This document shows, piece by piece, positions 48,201 through 60,112 of a DNA stretch of 64,000 nucleotides. The stretch is taken from assembly GCF_009914755.1 (NCBI RefSeq), contig NC_060945.1; one strand, given 5' to 3'. A program made the position numbers and the translations under genes. The notes under the pieces are model-generated. The model was not told the origin of the DNA. It saw nothing but the letters and a program-made list of their open reading frames with translations, and ran no database searches. This DNA comes from the human T2T-CHM13v2.0 reference genome, Homo sapiens. Positions within the stretch are counted from its first letter, which is position 1, and each line of letters opens with the position of its first letter.

Positions 48201-49374
48201 GTTCTCTCTCATGTCTTCACCGCCAGCCCTCAGGGACTCTCCTGTTTGTCCCCGCTACTCTCCAACCACGCCCACATTCCAGCTGGAGTCACTTGCAGGC
48301 ACCCAGGAATTACCTACAAACTCAGCAGTTTCACTGAGTTACTCCCCAGTCTCTCTCATGTCTTCACCCCCAGCCCCCTGGGACTCTCCTGTCTGTCCCA
48401 GCTCCTCTCCCACCACGCCCAGATTTCAGAGGGAGTCAGCCCCCCACACTCCGGAATCACCTACAGACTCACAGACTTCACGGAGGTCCTCCCTGGTCTC
48501 TCTCAGGTCTTTGCCCTCAGCCCACAGGGACTCTTGTGTCTCTTTCAGCTACTCTCGAAACTTCTCTAGATTCCAGCTGGACTCAGTTCCAGGCACCCAC
48601 GACACACCACCAAACTCACGAATTTCACTGACTTACTCCCCAGTCTCTCTCATGTTCTCACCCCCAGCCCTCAGGGACTCTTCTGTCTCTCTCAGCTACT
48701 CTCCAGCCATCTCCACATCACACCTGGGGTCAGCTTCCCACACCCAGGAATCACCTACAAACTCACGGACCTTACTGCAACCCTCCCCCATTTCTTTCAC
48801 CTCTTCACCCCCTGCTTTCAGGGACTCTCCTGTGTCTCCCAGCTTCTCTCCAGCCTTCCCCAGATTTCTGCCACAGTCAGCCCCAGGCACCCAGGGTTAC
48901 CCTGGACACTCACAGGCCTCACGAGACTATTTCCCAATGACTTGTATCTATAGAGGGATGGCTCCCATACTTCCCTCAGTGACCTCAAACCCATCTCCAC
49001 TTACACTCAGACACTCCCAGGGCCTGACAGCTACTCCCCGTTATTGTCCTTCAGCTCGAAGCCCTGGCCCATCTACTAGCCAACATGATGCAGCTACCTG
49101 GCCATGTCTCCACATTTCTGGGGAGGGCCCCACACCCAGCCGCAGAAGAGCCCCTCCTGCATTCCGTCCTCACACACAGGCCTGTCCATCCACTTGCTAC
49201 TGTCACCCTCTTGCCAGCAGAAGAGGCCCCTGTAATGGCCGATATCACCGCCCAGTCTATCCTCACCCCACAGCTGTGCAGCGGGACCCTCCTGCTGGCC
49301 CACGTGGCTGCCACAGCCCATGCTGGCACGACGCTCCAGCATGTCGGCGTCCCTGCGGGCCACGCTACCGCTGA
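45241..49374 (+). CDS. CTD-like repeat protein, type B, copy 7 (1377 aa)
   Basis: Intact 4134-nt ORF with 21 repeat units and the same N- and C-terminal architecture as type A. Confidence 0.7.
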   Translation: MSAPKNTRVLSGSSYERSPSPDSPRSMLASPSFSLSPLRNSDLRGSSSPGIRSYHSPSPRASPHSPLSSPVSHNLPFPCPIRDGQSMKPLGSPVSSSEDSTESPRSSVIYHMFLLPSPSSSPPALWESPGSPSYSPNNPRFQLESAPHTQESPANSRASRCSSPMSFISSPPGLRDSPVAPSYSQAIPMFLRESAPCTQESPRDSQVSGEYERSPSPDSSRFMPASPSIYLSPPRNSDPRGSSSQGMWKYSTSSRRASPLSHPSSAEFHNFTFPFPNQAGQSLMSLCSPVSSSGDSSQSPHSSIIYHMFLLPSSSSSPPATNDSPVCPSYSPTTPRFQRASVSNTPETPTNSQTSVRSSPVSLTSSPPGLTDPPVSPSYYPTTRTFQRGSDPGTQGAPPSPPLSLCYSPVSSTSLSPTLRDSPVCPSYSPTTPTFQRESVAGNQQSPANSPISLRYSPVSLMSSPALRDSPVCPSYSATTPTFQLESVRGSPESPPISPITLNYSPVSLMSSPALRDSPVSPSYSPTTPRFQLQAVPCSPESTPNSPISLNYSPVSLMSSPALRDSPICPSYSPTTPRFQLEAVPCTQESPPNSPISLNYSPVSLMSSPSLRDSPVCLSYSPTTPTFQLEYLRGTPESPPNSPISLNYSPVSLMSSPALRDSPDCPSYSPTTSRFQLEAVPCSPESTPNSPISLNYSPVSLMSSPAIRDSPVCPSYSPTTPTCQLESVRDTPESPPNSPISLNYTPVSLMSSPAIRDSPVCPSYSPKTPTFQLESVPGTLESPPNSPISLNYSPVSLMSSPALRDPPVCPSYSPTTPRFQLASVPGTPESPPNSPVSLSYSPVSLMSSPPALRDSPVCPSYSPTTPTFQLESVPGTPESPPNSPISLNYSPVSLMSSPALRDSPVCPSYSPTTPRFQLEAVPCTPESPPNSPISLNYSLVSLMSSPVLRDPPVCPSYSPTTPRFQLESVPGTAESPPNSPVSLSYSPFSLMSSPPALRDSPVCPRYSPTTPTFQLESLAGTQELPTNSAVSLSYSPVSLMSSPPAPWDSPVCPSSSPTTPRFQRESAPHTPESPTDSQTSRRSSLVSLRSLPSAHRDSCVSFSYSRNFSRFQLDSVPGTHDTPPNSRISLTYSPVSLMFSPPALRDSSVSLSYSPAISTSHLGSASHTQESPTNSRTLLQPSPISFTSSPPAFRDSPVSPSFSPAFPRFLPQSAPGTQGYPGHSQASRDYFPMTCIYRGMAPILPSVTSNPSPLTLRHSQGLTATPRYCPSARSPGPSTSQHDAATWPCLHISGEGPTPSRRRAPPAFRPHTQACPSTCYCHPLASRRGPCNGRYHRPVYPHPTAVQRDPPAGPRGCHSPCWHDAPACRRPCGPRYR

Positions 49375-52300
49375 CATGGCTAGCATCACCCTCCTTCCTG
49401 GCAGTGACACTGCTGATTTGAACCCCAGTTTCACAGCTGTCATTTGTAAATAGGACCATTTTCCCTTTTCTCTCTCCCTTCCATTCACAGGGCTTCTCAT
49501 TCCCTCTGTTTCTGCCTCCGTTTCAGAGATTTACTCACCTTTTTCTCTCTCACTATGTCTGCCGTGGTCTCCATAAGAGTGTGCCACATAAAATTGCCCC
49601 ATTAAAAGTCATGAATTGAGTGGATTTTAGTATACCTGTGGTTGTGCACATTCAATTTTAATTCGCAATCCATTTTAGAAGGTTTTATCACCCCCGACCA
49701 GAGAAACACCCTGTGGACAATAGTCACTCCTCATTCTGTCTCAAACCCTCTCCCTGACCCTCAGCCCTAGGTAACAACTGCATAGAGCGATCAACCCCAT
49801 ATGCATAGATTTCCATATTGTGGACAGTTCCTATAAACGGAATTGCACAATACGTGAGCTTTTGTGACTGACATAACACTTTTAGCACAATATTTTCAAG
49901 ATTCATCCACATTGCAGCCTTACCCACAGGGGGAAACCGCATTTTGTGGTTTCAGTAACACCGGGTGTTTTCTCCTTCCTTCCGTCTTTCCTTCCTTCCT
50001 TCCTTCCTTCCTTCCTTCCTTCCTTCCTTCCTCCCTTCCTCCCTTCCTTCCTCCCTTCCTCCCATTTCTCTCTTATTCCTTCTGCCCTCTCTCTTTCATA
50101 TGCCTTAGGTGCATCCTACGTCCTGCGTCTTTTTGGGGAATCCTCGACAGGTGCTGGAAAATTGTGTTATTGTAATTATTTACCGGTATCTCTCTTTCAT
50201 GGTTCTCCATCAGTTGTAAGCATCTATTGGTTTATCCCAGGTCACTAAGTATATTTTAATTAGCTACACCTGTTTTTCTTTATACACCTGTTTCTGGAGT
50301 ATAGGGTCGCATACTCATAAACCCAGTGTAACTCAGAAACGCATCTAATATTCCAATAGACCCATCATAACGTTGAAAAATCATAAATCAAACCAACTTA
50401 AGTCACGATTTGGCGCTGGATATGGGCTCCATCAATTCCATTGTATTCAATAATGCTGTACACCATTAACAATGGCAGACTGATTGGGCGTGGATGTGGA
50501 TAACATTATAAAAATCAGTTATTAGAGGGATACTTTAACCTGACGGAAGAGCTGATCTAATGGTATTAGTACAGTGATGATTATGTGAGATGTTTTGAGA
50601 CAGAGTAGTACATTTGTGTATGAGATTCTGTGGCTTTTTTCACTTAGTAGGAACCTTTGTGTGTGGAAAACTGAGAAAATTGCTTTGTGCTGTAGAGTCT
50701 GGCATTCGTTGTAGATTAAAGCTTATTTTTCTGGATGTAAATCTTATTCAATAAAATACTACTCTTTATAATAAAAAACAAAGACACTGGTGATGTGAAG
50801 TCATTATCCTCAGCAAACTAATCCAGGAACAGAAAACCAAACGCCACATTCTCACTTATAATGGGAGCTGAAAAATGGGATCACGTGGACACAGGAAGGG
50901 GAACAACACACACTGGGGCCTTTCGGGAGGCAGAGCGTTAAGAAAAACAGCTACCGCATGCTGGGCTTAATACCTAGGTGATGGGTTGACAGGTGCAGCA
51001 AACCACCGTGGCACACGTTTACCTTAGTAACAAATCTGCACAGCCTGCCCATATATTCCAGAACTTAGAAACGAAACGAAAGCAAAGAAAACGAGAAAGC
51101 GATAGCAAAACGCTAACGGCGAAACAGAGTTTCAAACTCAGAAAGTGAGAGACCAATGTTTGGTTCAAATCATGGTTCTCAACCCAGGTGCCATAAGGTC
51201 AGGATAAAGAATTTGATGACGTATTGTAAATAAGACATGCAGCGGAGGACCAGAAAAATCGTTCTCAACATACGTGTGGCTTCGAGTTCAACGGTGACGC
51301 TATCTACAGTGACATAGCATTAGATTCCAAAGGGCCGAGTCCCGCAAGACTGGCCTCCCACACTAATAATAATGGGAAGCGCTACGTTGCTTTCCCTGTG
51401 CTTCTCAGCAACTGGCTATAAATCAGGTTTCCACCACTCCCAGTTTTAGTTGCATTCATTTGCTGGAAGAGCTCACAGCACGCAGGGAAACACTGACATT
51501 TCCCATTTTTTGTATTTTAGCAGATATTGCAAAAACTTCAGAAAAAACTTTTGGGCCCGGCATGTGGGGAGGGGCTCACTGCCTTCCAGGAAGTGTTATC
51601 CAGAAGCTCTCTAAACCCAGTCCTTTTGGGTTTTTATGGAGACCTCATTCTATAGGCATGATGGGTTAAACCATAGGCTATTGGTGATCAACTCAACCTG
51701 GGGCTCTCAACCCTCCCTGGAAATTGGGGTTGAGGCTTTGCCATTCTCAGTCTGAGTAAAAGAATTTACGCAAACGGAATTTTAAAACAGATTAGCATAT
51801 CTGGAAACTTAACTAGATGACGGAATTATCTGGAGCCACACCTTGATATTCCTAACCCGAGCACCCTCATCCAAAGAATGCTCCACCCAACTGGCTCCCA
51901 AGTCTCTACGGGGTTCCAGAGCAAAAGAATGTTTATACAGCGCATATCTCCACCTTTTCTTCAAAGTCTTTTCGCTTACACGGAAAGACTTCTTCAACTG
52001 CCATGCATCAGGGTCAGGGGGAGGTCTTGTTACAACACAGATCTGCGGATCTCCGGGGCTTGATTGTGGCAAGGATGCTGCTGGTGTCAAAACCACAACG
52101 TGGGAACCACAGAACCACTAGTTGGTTTTCAGTGTTTCAGTGCATACAATTCCTAATATATCTGGCCAAGAAAACTTGTAAGTTCTTAGATTGTCCCAAA
52201 GGTGGCGCATGAAATCAAATCAGGAGAACAGTTTCCTACGAGGTGTAGCCTGGGAACCTTGGGGGTGACTGATGGAAAGGAGGAGTGAAGCTCCGCCCTT

Positions 52301-52676
52301 TCCGCTGCGAGGCTGCGCCCGAGGCTATTTAAACCCACCCTGGCTGGCCTGTACTCAGATCTTCGCAGAGCGGAGCAGCGGCCGGAGCGTTTGGCGGACT
52401 CTGCGTGGACTTGGAGCTCACAGCGTCTTGCGACTTGGAAGCGGATTCAGAGGACAGGACAGAACACTTGGGCAAGTGAATCTCTGTCTGTCTGTCTGTC
52501 TCATTGGTTGGTTTATTTCCATTTTCTTAAGGAGCACATACCTCACACCACACACACACAAACACACACACACACACGCACGCACTCACGCACACACACA
52601 CGCACACACACACACTAATTCATTCTGCGGGTTAGGAAATTAGTAGGGGTCTCTGGGAGCTGCAGGTTTCCTAATC

Positions 52677-55600
52677 ATGTCTGCACCTAAGAACACTAGG
52701 GTCTTGTCTGGCTCTTCTTATGAACGGTCCCCCAGCCCGGACTCCCCAAGATCCATGCTAGCCTCACCCAGCTTCTCCCTCTCCCCTCTCAGAAACTCAG
52801 ACTTAAGAGGAAGCTCCTCACCAGGGATCCGGAGCTACCATTCACCATCCCCTAGGGCTTCACCACACTCACCTCTGTCATCACCAGTATCCCACAATCT
52901 CCCATTTCCCTGTCCTATCCGTGATGGACAATCCATGAAGCCATTGGGCTCTCCCGTGTCCTCCTCTGAGGATTCTACAGAGTCACCACGTTCATCAGTA
53001 ATATACCACATGTTCCTACTGCCATCACCCAGCAGCTCACCCCCAGCTCTCTGGGAGTCTCCTGGGTCTCCCAGCTACTCTCCAAACAACCCCAGATTTC
53101 AGCTGGAGTCAGCCCCCCACACCCAGGAATCACCTGCAAACTCACGAGCCTCACGGTGCTCCTCCCCTATGTCTTTCATCTCTTCACCCCCAGGCCTCAG
53201 GGACTCTCCTGTGGCTCCCAGTTACTCTCAAGCCATCCCCATGTTCCTGCGGGAGTCAGCCCCATGCACTCAGGAGTCCCCCAGAGACTCACAGGTCTCG
53301 GGAGAATATGAGCGCTCCCCCAGCCCTGACTCCTCAAGATTCATGCCTGCCTCACCCAGCATCTACCTCTCCCCTCCCAGGAACTCAGACCCAAGGGGCA
53401 GCTCCTCACAAGGGATGTGGAAGTACTCTACATCATCCCGCAGGGCTTCACCACTCTCACATCCGTCATCGGCAGAATTCCACAACTTTACATTTCCCTT
53501 TCCTAACCAAGCAGGACAATCACTCATGTCATTGTGTTCTCCCGTGTCCTCCTCTGGAGATTCCTCACAGTCACCCCATTCATCAATAATATACCATATG
53601 TTCTTACTGCCATCATCCAGCAGCTCACCCCCAGCCACCAATGACTCTCCTGTCTGTCCCAGCTACTCTCCAACTACGCCCAGATTTCAGCGGGCGTCGG
53701 TATCCAACACCCCAGAAACACCTACAAACTCACAGACCTCAGTGAGATCCTCGCCAGTCTCTCTCACGTCTTCACCCCCAGGCCTTACGGACCCTCCAGT
53801 CTCTCCCAGCTACTATCCAACCACGCGCACATTTCAGCGCGGGTCAGATCCAGGAACCCAGGGAGCACCACCAAGCCCACCACTTTCACTGTGTTACTCC
53901 CCAGTCTCAAGCACGTCTTTATCTCCAACCCTCAGGGACTCTCCTGTCTGTCCCAGCTATTCTCCAACCACGCCCACGTTTCAGCGGGAGTCCGTTGCAG
54001 GCAACCAGCAATCACCAGCAAACTCACCAATTACACTGCGTTACTCCCCAGTCTCTCTCATGTCTTCACCAGCCCTGAGGGACTCTCCCGTCTGTCCCAG
54101 CTACTCTGCAACCACACCCACATTTCAGCTGGAGTCCGTTCGAGGCTCCCCGGAGTCACCACCAATCTCACCAATTACACTCAATTACTCTCCAGTCTCT
54201 CTCATGTCTTCACCAGCCCTCAGGGACTCTCCCGTCTGTCCCAGCTACTCTCCAACCACCCCCAGATTTCAGCTGCAAGCAGTTCCTTGCTCCCCGGAAT
54301 CAACACCAAACTCACCAATTTCACTCAATTACTCTCCAGTCTCTCTCATGTCTTCACCAGCCCTCAGGGACTCTCCCATCTGTCCCAGCTACTCTCCAAC
54401 CACGCCCAGATTTCAGCTGGAAGCAGTTCCTTGCACCCAGGAATCACCGCCAAACTCACCAATTTCACTCAATTACTCCCCAGTCTCTCTCATGTCTTCA
54501 CCATCCCTCAGGGACTCTCCCGTCTGTCTCAGCTACTCTCCAACCACGCCCACATTTCAGCTGGAGTACCTTCGAGGCACCCCGGAGTCACCACCAAACT
54601 CACCAATTTCACTCAATTACTCTCCAGTCTCTCTCATGTCTTCACCAGCCCTCAGGGACTCTCCCGACTGTCCCAGCTACTCTCCAACAACGTCCAGATT
54701 TCAGCTGGAAGCAGTTCCTTGCTCCCCAGAATCAACACCAAACTCACCAATTTCACTCAATTACTCTCCAGTCTCTCTCATGTCTTCACCAGCCATCAGG
54801 GACTCTCCCGTCTGTCCCAGCTACTCTCCAACCACGCCCACATGTCAGCTGGAGTCCGTTCGAGACACCCCGGAGTCACCACCAAACTCACCAATTTCAC
54901 TCAATTACACTCCAGTGTCTCTCATGTCTTCACCAGCCATCAGGGACTCTCCCGTCTGTCCCAGCTACTCTCCAAAGACGCCCACATTTCAGCTGGAGTC
55001 TGTTCCAGGCACACTGGAGTCACCACCAAACTCACCAATTTCACTCAATTACTCTCCAGTCTCTCTCATGTCTTCACCAGCCCTCAGGGACCCTCCTGTC
55101 TGTCCCAGCTACTCTCCAACCACCCCCAGATTTCAGCTGGCGTCAGTTCCAGGCACCCCGGAGTCACCACCAAACTCACCAGTTTCACTGAGTTACTCCC
55201 CGGTCTCTCTCATGTCTTCACCGCCAGCCCTCAGGGACTCTCCTGTGTGTCCCAGCTACTCTCCAACCACGCCCACATTTCAGCTGGAGTCAGTTCCAGG
55301 CACCCCGGAGTCACCACCAAACTCACCAATTTCACTCAATTACTCTCCAGTCTCTCTCATGTCTTCACCAGCCCTCAGGGACTCTCCTGTCTGTCCCAGC
55401 TACTCTCCAACCACGCCCAGATTTCAGCTGGAAGCAGTTCCTTGCACCCCAGAATCACCTCCAAACTCACCAATTTCACTCAATTACTCTCTAGTCTCTC
55501 TCATGTCTTCACCAGTCCTCAGGGACCCTCCTGTCTGTCCCAGCTACTCTCCAACCACACCCAGATTTCAGTTGGAGTCAGTTCCAGGCACCGCGGAGTC

Positions 55601-56810
55601 ACCACCAAACTCACCAGTTTCACTGAGTTACTCCCCGTTCTCTCTCATGTCTTCACCGCCAGCCCTCAGGGACTCTCCTGTTTGTCCCCGCTACTCTCCA
55701 ACCACGCCCACATTCCAGCTGGAGTCACTTGCAGGCACCCAGGAATTACCTACAAACTCAGCAGTTTCACTGAGTTACTCCCCAGTCTCTCTCATGTCTT
55801 CACCCCCAGCCCCCTGGGACTCTCCTGTCTGTCCCAGCTCCTCTCCCACCACGCCCAGATTTCAGAGGGAGTCAGCCTCCCACACTCCGGAATCACCTAC
55901 AGACTCACAGACTTCACGGAGGTCCTCCCTGGTCTCTCTCAGGTCTTTGCCCTCAGCCCACAGGGACTCTTGTGTCTCTTTCAGCTACTCTCGAAACTTC
56001 TCTAGATTCCAGCTGGACTCAGTTCCAGGCACCCACGACACACCACCAAACTCACGAATTTCACTGACTTACTCCCCAGTCTCTCTCATGTTCTCACCCC
56101 CAGCCCTCAGGGACTCTTCTGTCTCTCTCAGCTACTCTCCAGCCATCTCCACATCACACCTGGGGTCAGCTTCCCACACCCAGGAATCACCTACAAACTC
56201 ACGGACCTTACTGCAACCCTCCCCCATTTCTTTCACCTCTTCACCCCCTGCTTTCAGGGACTCTCCTGTGTCTCCCAGCTTCTCTCCAGCCTTCCCCAGA
56301 TTTCTGCCACAGTCAGCCCCAGGCACCCAGGGTTACCCTGGACACTCACAGGCCTCACGAGACTATTTCCCAATGACTTGTATCTATAGAGGGATGGCTC
56401 CCATACTTCCCTCAGTGACCTCAAACCCATCTCCACTTACACTCAGACACTCCCAGGGCCTGACAGCTACTCCCCGTTATTGTCCTTCAGCTCGAAGCCC
56501 TGGCCCATCTACTAGCCAACATGATGCAGCTACCTGGCCATGTCTCCACATTTCTGGGGAGGGCCCCACACCCAGCCGCAGAAGAGCCCCTCCTGCATTC
56601 CGTCCTCACACACAGGCCTGTCCATCCACTTGCTACTGTCACCCTCTTGCCAGCAGAAGAGGCCCCTGTAATGGCCGATATCACCGCCCAGTCTATCCTC
56701 ACCCCACAGCTGTGCAGCGGGACCCTCCTGCTGGCCCACGTGGCTGCCACAGCCCATGCTGGCACGACGCTCCAGCATGTCGGCGTCCCTGCGGGCCACG
56801 CTACCGCTGA
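52677..56810 (+). CDS. CTD-like repeat protein, type B, copy 8 (1377 aa)
   Basis: Intact ORF with a few substitutions versus copy 7. Confidence 0.7.
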   Translation: MSAPKNTRVLSGSSYERSPSPDSPRSMLASPSFSLSPLRNSDLRGSSSPGIRSYHSPSPRASPHSPLSSPVSHNLPFPCPIRDGQSMKPLGSPVSSSEDSTESPRSSVIYHMFLLPSPSSSPPALWESPGSPSYSPNNPRFQLESAPHTQESPANSRASRCSSPMSFISSPPGLRDSPVAPSYSQAIPMFLRESAPCTQESPRDSQVSGEYERSPSPDSSRFMPASPSIYLSPPRNSDPRGSSSQGMWKYSTSSRRASPLSHPSSAEFHNFTFPFPNQAGQSLMSLCSPVSSSGDSSQSPHSSIIYHMFLLPSSSSSPPATNDSPVCPSYSPTTPRFQRASVSNTPETPTNSQTSVRSSPVSLTSSPPGLTDPPVSPSYYPTTRTFQRGSDPGTQGAPPSPPLSLCYSPVSSTSLSPTLRDSPVCPSYSPTTPTFQRESVAGNQQSPANSPITLRYSPVSLMSSPALRDSPVCPSYSATTPTFQLESVRGSPESPPISPITLNYSPVSLMSSPALRDSPVCPSYSPTTPRFQLQAVPCSPESTPNSPISLNYSPVSLMSSPALRDSPICPSYSPTTPRFQLEAVPCTQESPPNSPISLNYSPVSLMSSPSLRDSPVCLSYSPTTPTFQLEYLRGTPESPPNSPISLNYSPVSLMSSPALRDSPDCPSYSPTTSRFQLEAVPCSPESTPNSPISLNYSPVSLMSSPAIRDSPVCPSYSPTTPTCQLESVRDTPESPPNSPISLNYTPVSLMSSPAIRDSPVCPSYSPKTPTFQLESVPGTLESPPNSPISLNYSPVSLMSSPALRDPPVCPSYSPTTPRFQLASVPGTPESPPNSPVSLSYSPVSLMSSPPALRDSPVCPSYSPTTPTFQLESVPGTPESPPNSPISLNYSPVSLMSSPALRDSPVCPSYSPTTPRFQLEAVPCTPESPPNSPISLNYSLVSLMSSPVLRDPPVCPSYSPTTPRFQLESVPGTAESPPNSPVSLSYSPFSLMSSPPALRDSPVCPRYSPTTPTFQLESLAGTQELPTNSAVSLSYSPVSLMSSPPAPWDSPVCPSSSPTTPRFQRESASHTPESPTDSQTSRRSSLVSLRSLPSAHRDSCVSFSYSRNFSRFQLDSVPGTHDTPPNSRISLTYSPVSLMFSPPALRDSSVSLSYSPAISTSHLGSASHTQESPTNSRTLLQPSPISFTSSPPAFRDSPVSPSFSPAFPRFLPQSAPGTQGYPGHSQASRDYFPMTCIYRGMAPILPSVTSNPSPLTLRHSQGLTATPRYCPSARSPGPSTSQHDAATWPCLHISGEGPTPSRRRAPPAFRPHTQACPSTCYCHPLASRRGPCNGRYHRPVYPHPTAVQRDPPAGPRGCHSPCWHDAPACRRPCGPRYR

Positions 56811-59800
56811 CATGGCTAGCATCACCCTCCTTCCTGGCAGTGACACTGCTGATTTGAACCCCAGTTTCACAGCTGTCATTTGTAAATAGGACCATTTTCC
56901 CTTTTCTCTCTCCCTTCCATTCACAGGGCTTCTCATTCCCTCTGTTTCTGCCTCCGTTTCAGAGATTTACTCACCTTTTTCTCTCTCACTATGTCTGCCG
57001 TGGTCTCCATAAGAGTGTGCCACATAAAATTGCCCCATTAAAAGTCATGAATTGAGTGGATTTTAGTATACCTGTGGTTGTGCACATTCAATTTTAATTC
57101 GCAATCCATTTTAGAAGGTTTTATCACCCCCGACCAGAGAAACACCCTGTGGACAATAGTCACTCCTCATTCTGTCTCAAACCCTCTCCCTGACCCTCAG
57201 CCCTAGGTAACAACTGCATAGAGCGATCAACCCCATATGCATAGATTTCCATATTGTGGACAGTTCCTATAAACGGAATTGCACAATACGTGAGCTTTTG
57301 TGACTGACATAACACTTTTAGCACAATATTTTCAAGATTCATCCACATTGCAGCCTTACCCACAGGGGGAAACCGCATTTTGTGGTTTCAGTAACACCGG
57401 GTGTTTTCTCCTTCCTTCCGTCTTTCCTTCCTTCCTTCCTTCCTTCCTTCCTTCCTTCCTTCCTTCCTCCCTTCCTCCCTTCCTTCCTCCCTTCCTCCCA
57501 TTTCTCTCTTATTCCTTCTGCCCTCTCTCTTTCATATGCCTTAGGTGCATCCTACGTCCTGCGTCTTTTTGGGGAATCCTCGACAGGTGCTGGAAAATTG
57601 TGTTATTGTAATTATTTACCGGTATCTCTCTTTCATGGTTCTCCATCAGTTGTAAGCATCTATTGGTTTATCCCAGGTCACTAAGTATATTTTAATTAGC
57701 TACACCTGTTTTTCTTTATACACCTGTTTCTGGAGTATAGGGTCGCATACTCATAAACCCAGTGTAACTCAGAAACGCATCTAATATTCCAATAGACCCA
57801 TCATAACGTTGAAAAATCATAAATCAAACCAACTTAAGTCACGATTTGGCGCTGGATATGGGCTCCATCAATTCCATTGTATTCAATAATGCTGTACACC
57901 ATTAACAATGGCAGACTGATTGGGCGTGGATGTGGATAACATTATAAAAATCAGTTATTAGAGGGATACTTTAACCTGACGGAAGAGCTGATCTAATGGT
58001 ATTAGTACAGTGATGATTATGTGAGATGTTTTGAGACAGAGTAGTACATTTGTGTATGAGATTCTGTGGCTTTTTTCACTTAGTAGGAACCTTTGTGTGT
58101 GGAAAACTGAGAAAATTGCTTTGTGCTGTAGAGTCTGGCATTCGTTGTAGATTAAAGCTTATTTTTCTGGATGTAAATCTTATTCAATAAAATACTACTC
58201 TTTATAATAAAAAACAAAGACACTGGTGATGTGAAGTCATTATCCTCAGCAAACTAATCCAGGAACAGAAAACCAAACGCCACATTCTCACTTATAATGG
58301 GAGCTGAAAAATGGGATCACGTGGACACAGGAAGGGGAACAACACACACTGGGGCCTTTCGGGAGGCAGAGCGTTAAGAAAAACAGCTACCGCATGCTGG
58401 GCTTAATACCTAGGTGATGGGTTGACAGGTGCAGCAAACCACCGTGGCACACGTTTACCTTAGTAACAAATCTGCACAGCCTGCCCATATATTCCAGAAC
58501 TTAGAAACGAAACGAAAGCAAAGAAAACGAGAAAGCGATAGCAAAACGCTAACGGCGAAACAGAGTTTCAAACTCAGAAAGTGAGAGACCAATGTTTGGT
58601 TCAAATCATGGTTCTCAACCCAGGTGCCATAAGGTCAGGATAAAGAATTTGATGACGTATTGTAAATAAGACATGCAGCGGAGGACCAGAAAAATCGTTC
58701 TCAACATACGTGTGGCTTCGAGTTCAACGGTGACGCTATCTACAGTGACATAGCATTAGATTCCAAAGGGCCGAGTCCCGCAAGACTGGCCTCCCACACT
58801 AATAATAATGGGAAGCGCTACGTTGCTTTCCCTGTGCTTCTCAGCAACTGGCTATAAATCAGGTTTCCACCACTCCCAGTTTTAGTTGCATTCATTTGCT
58901 GGAAGAGCTCACAGCACGCAGGGAAACACTGACATTTCCCATTTTTTGTATTTTAGCAGATATTGCAAAAACTTCAGAAAAAACTTTTGGGCCCGGCATG
59001 TGGGGAGGGGCTCACTGCCTTCCAGGAAGTGTTATCCAGAAGCTCTCTAAACCCAGTCCTTTTGGGTTTTTATGGAGACCTCATTCTATAGGCATGATGG
59101 GTTAAACCATAGGCTATTGGTGATCAACTCAACCTGGGGCTCTCAACCCTCCCTGGAAATTGGGGTTGAGGCTTTGCCATTCTCAGTCTGAGTAAAAGAA
59201 TTTACGCAAACGGAATTTTAAAACAGATTAGCATATCTGGAAACTTAACTAGATGACGGAATTATCTGGAGCCACACCTTGATATTCCTAACCCGAGCAC
59301 CCTCATCCAAAGAATGCTCCACCCAACTGGCTCCCAAGTCTCTACGGGGTTCCAGAGCAAAAGAATGTTTATACAGCGCATATCTCCACCTTTTCTTCAA
59401 AGTCTTTTCGCTTACACGGAAAGACTTCTTCAACTGCCATGCATCAGGGTCAGGGGGAGGTCTTGTTACAACACAGATCTGCGGATCTCCGGGGCTTGAT
59501 TGTGGCAAGGATGCTGCTGGTGTCAAAACCACAACGTGGGAACCACAGAACCACTAGTTGGTTTTCAGTGTTTCAGTGCATACAATTCCTGATATATCTG
59601 GCCAAGAAAACTTGTAAGTTCTTAGATTGTCCCAAAGGTGGCGCATGAAATCAAATCAGGAGAACAGTTTCCTACGAGGTGTAGCCTGGGAACCTTGGGG
59701 GTGACTGATGGAAAGGAGGAGTGAAGCTCCGCCCTTTCCGCTGCGAGGCTGAGCCCGAGGCTATTTAAACCCACCCTGGCTGGCCTGTACTCAGATCTTC

Positions 59801-60112
59801 GCAGAGCGGAGCAGCGGCCGGAGCGTTTGGCGGACTCTGCGTGGACTTGGAGCTCACAGCGTCTTGCGACTTGGAAGCGGATTCAGAGGACAGGACAGAA
59901 CACTTGGGCAAGTGAATCTCTGTCTGTCTGTCTGTCTCATTGGTTGGTTTATTTCCATTTTCTTAAGGAGCACATACCTCACACCACACACACACAAACA
60001 CACACACACACACGCACGCACGCACGCACACACACACACACACACACACACTAATTCATTCTGCGGGTTAGGAAATTAGTAGGGGTCTCTGGGAGCTGCA
60101 GGTTTCCTAATC

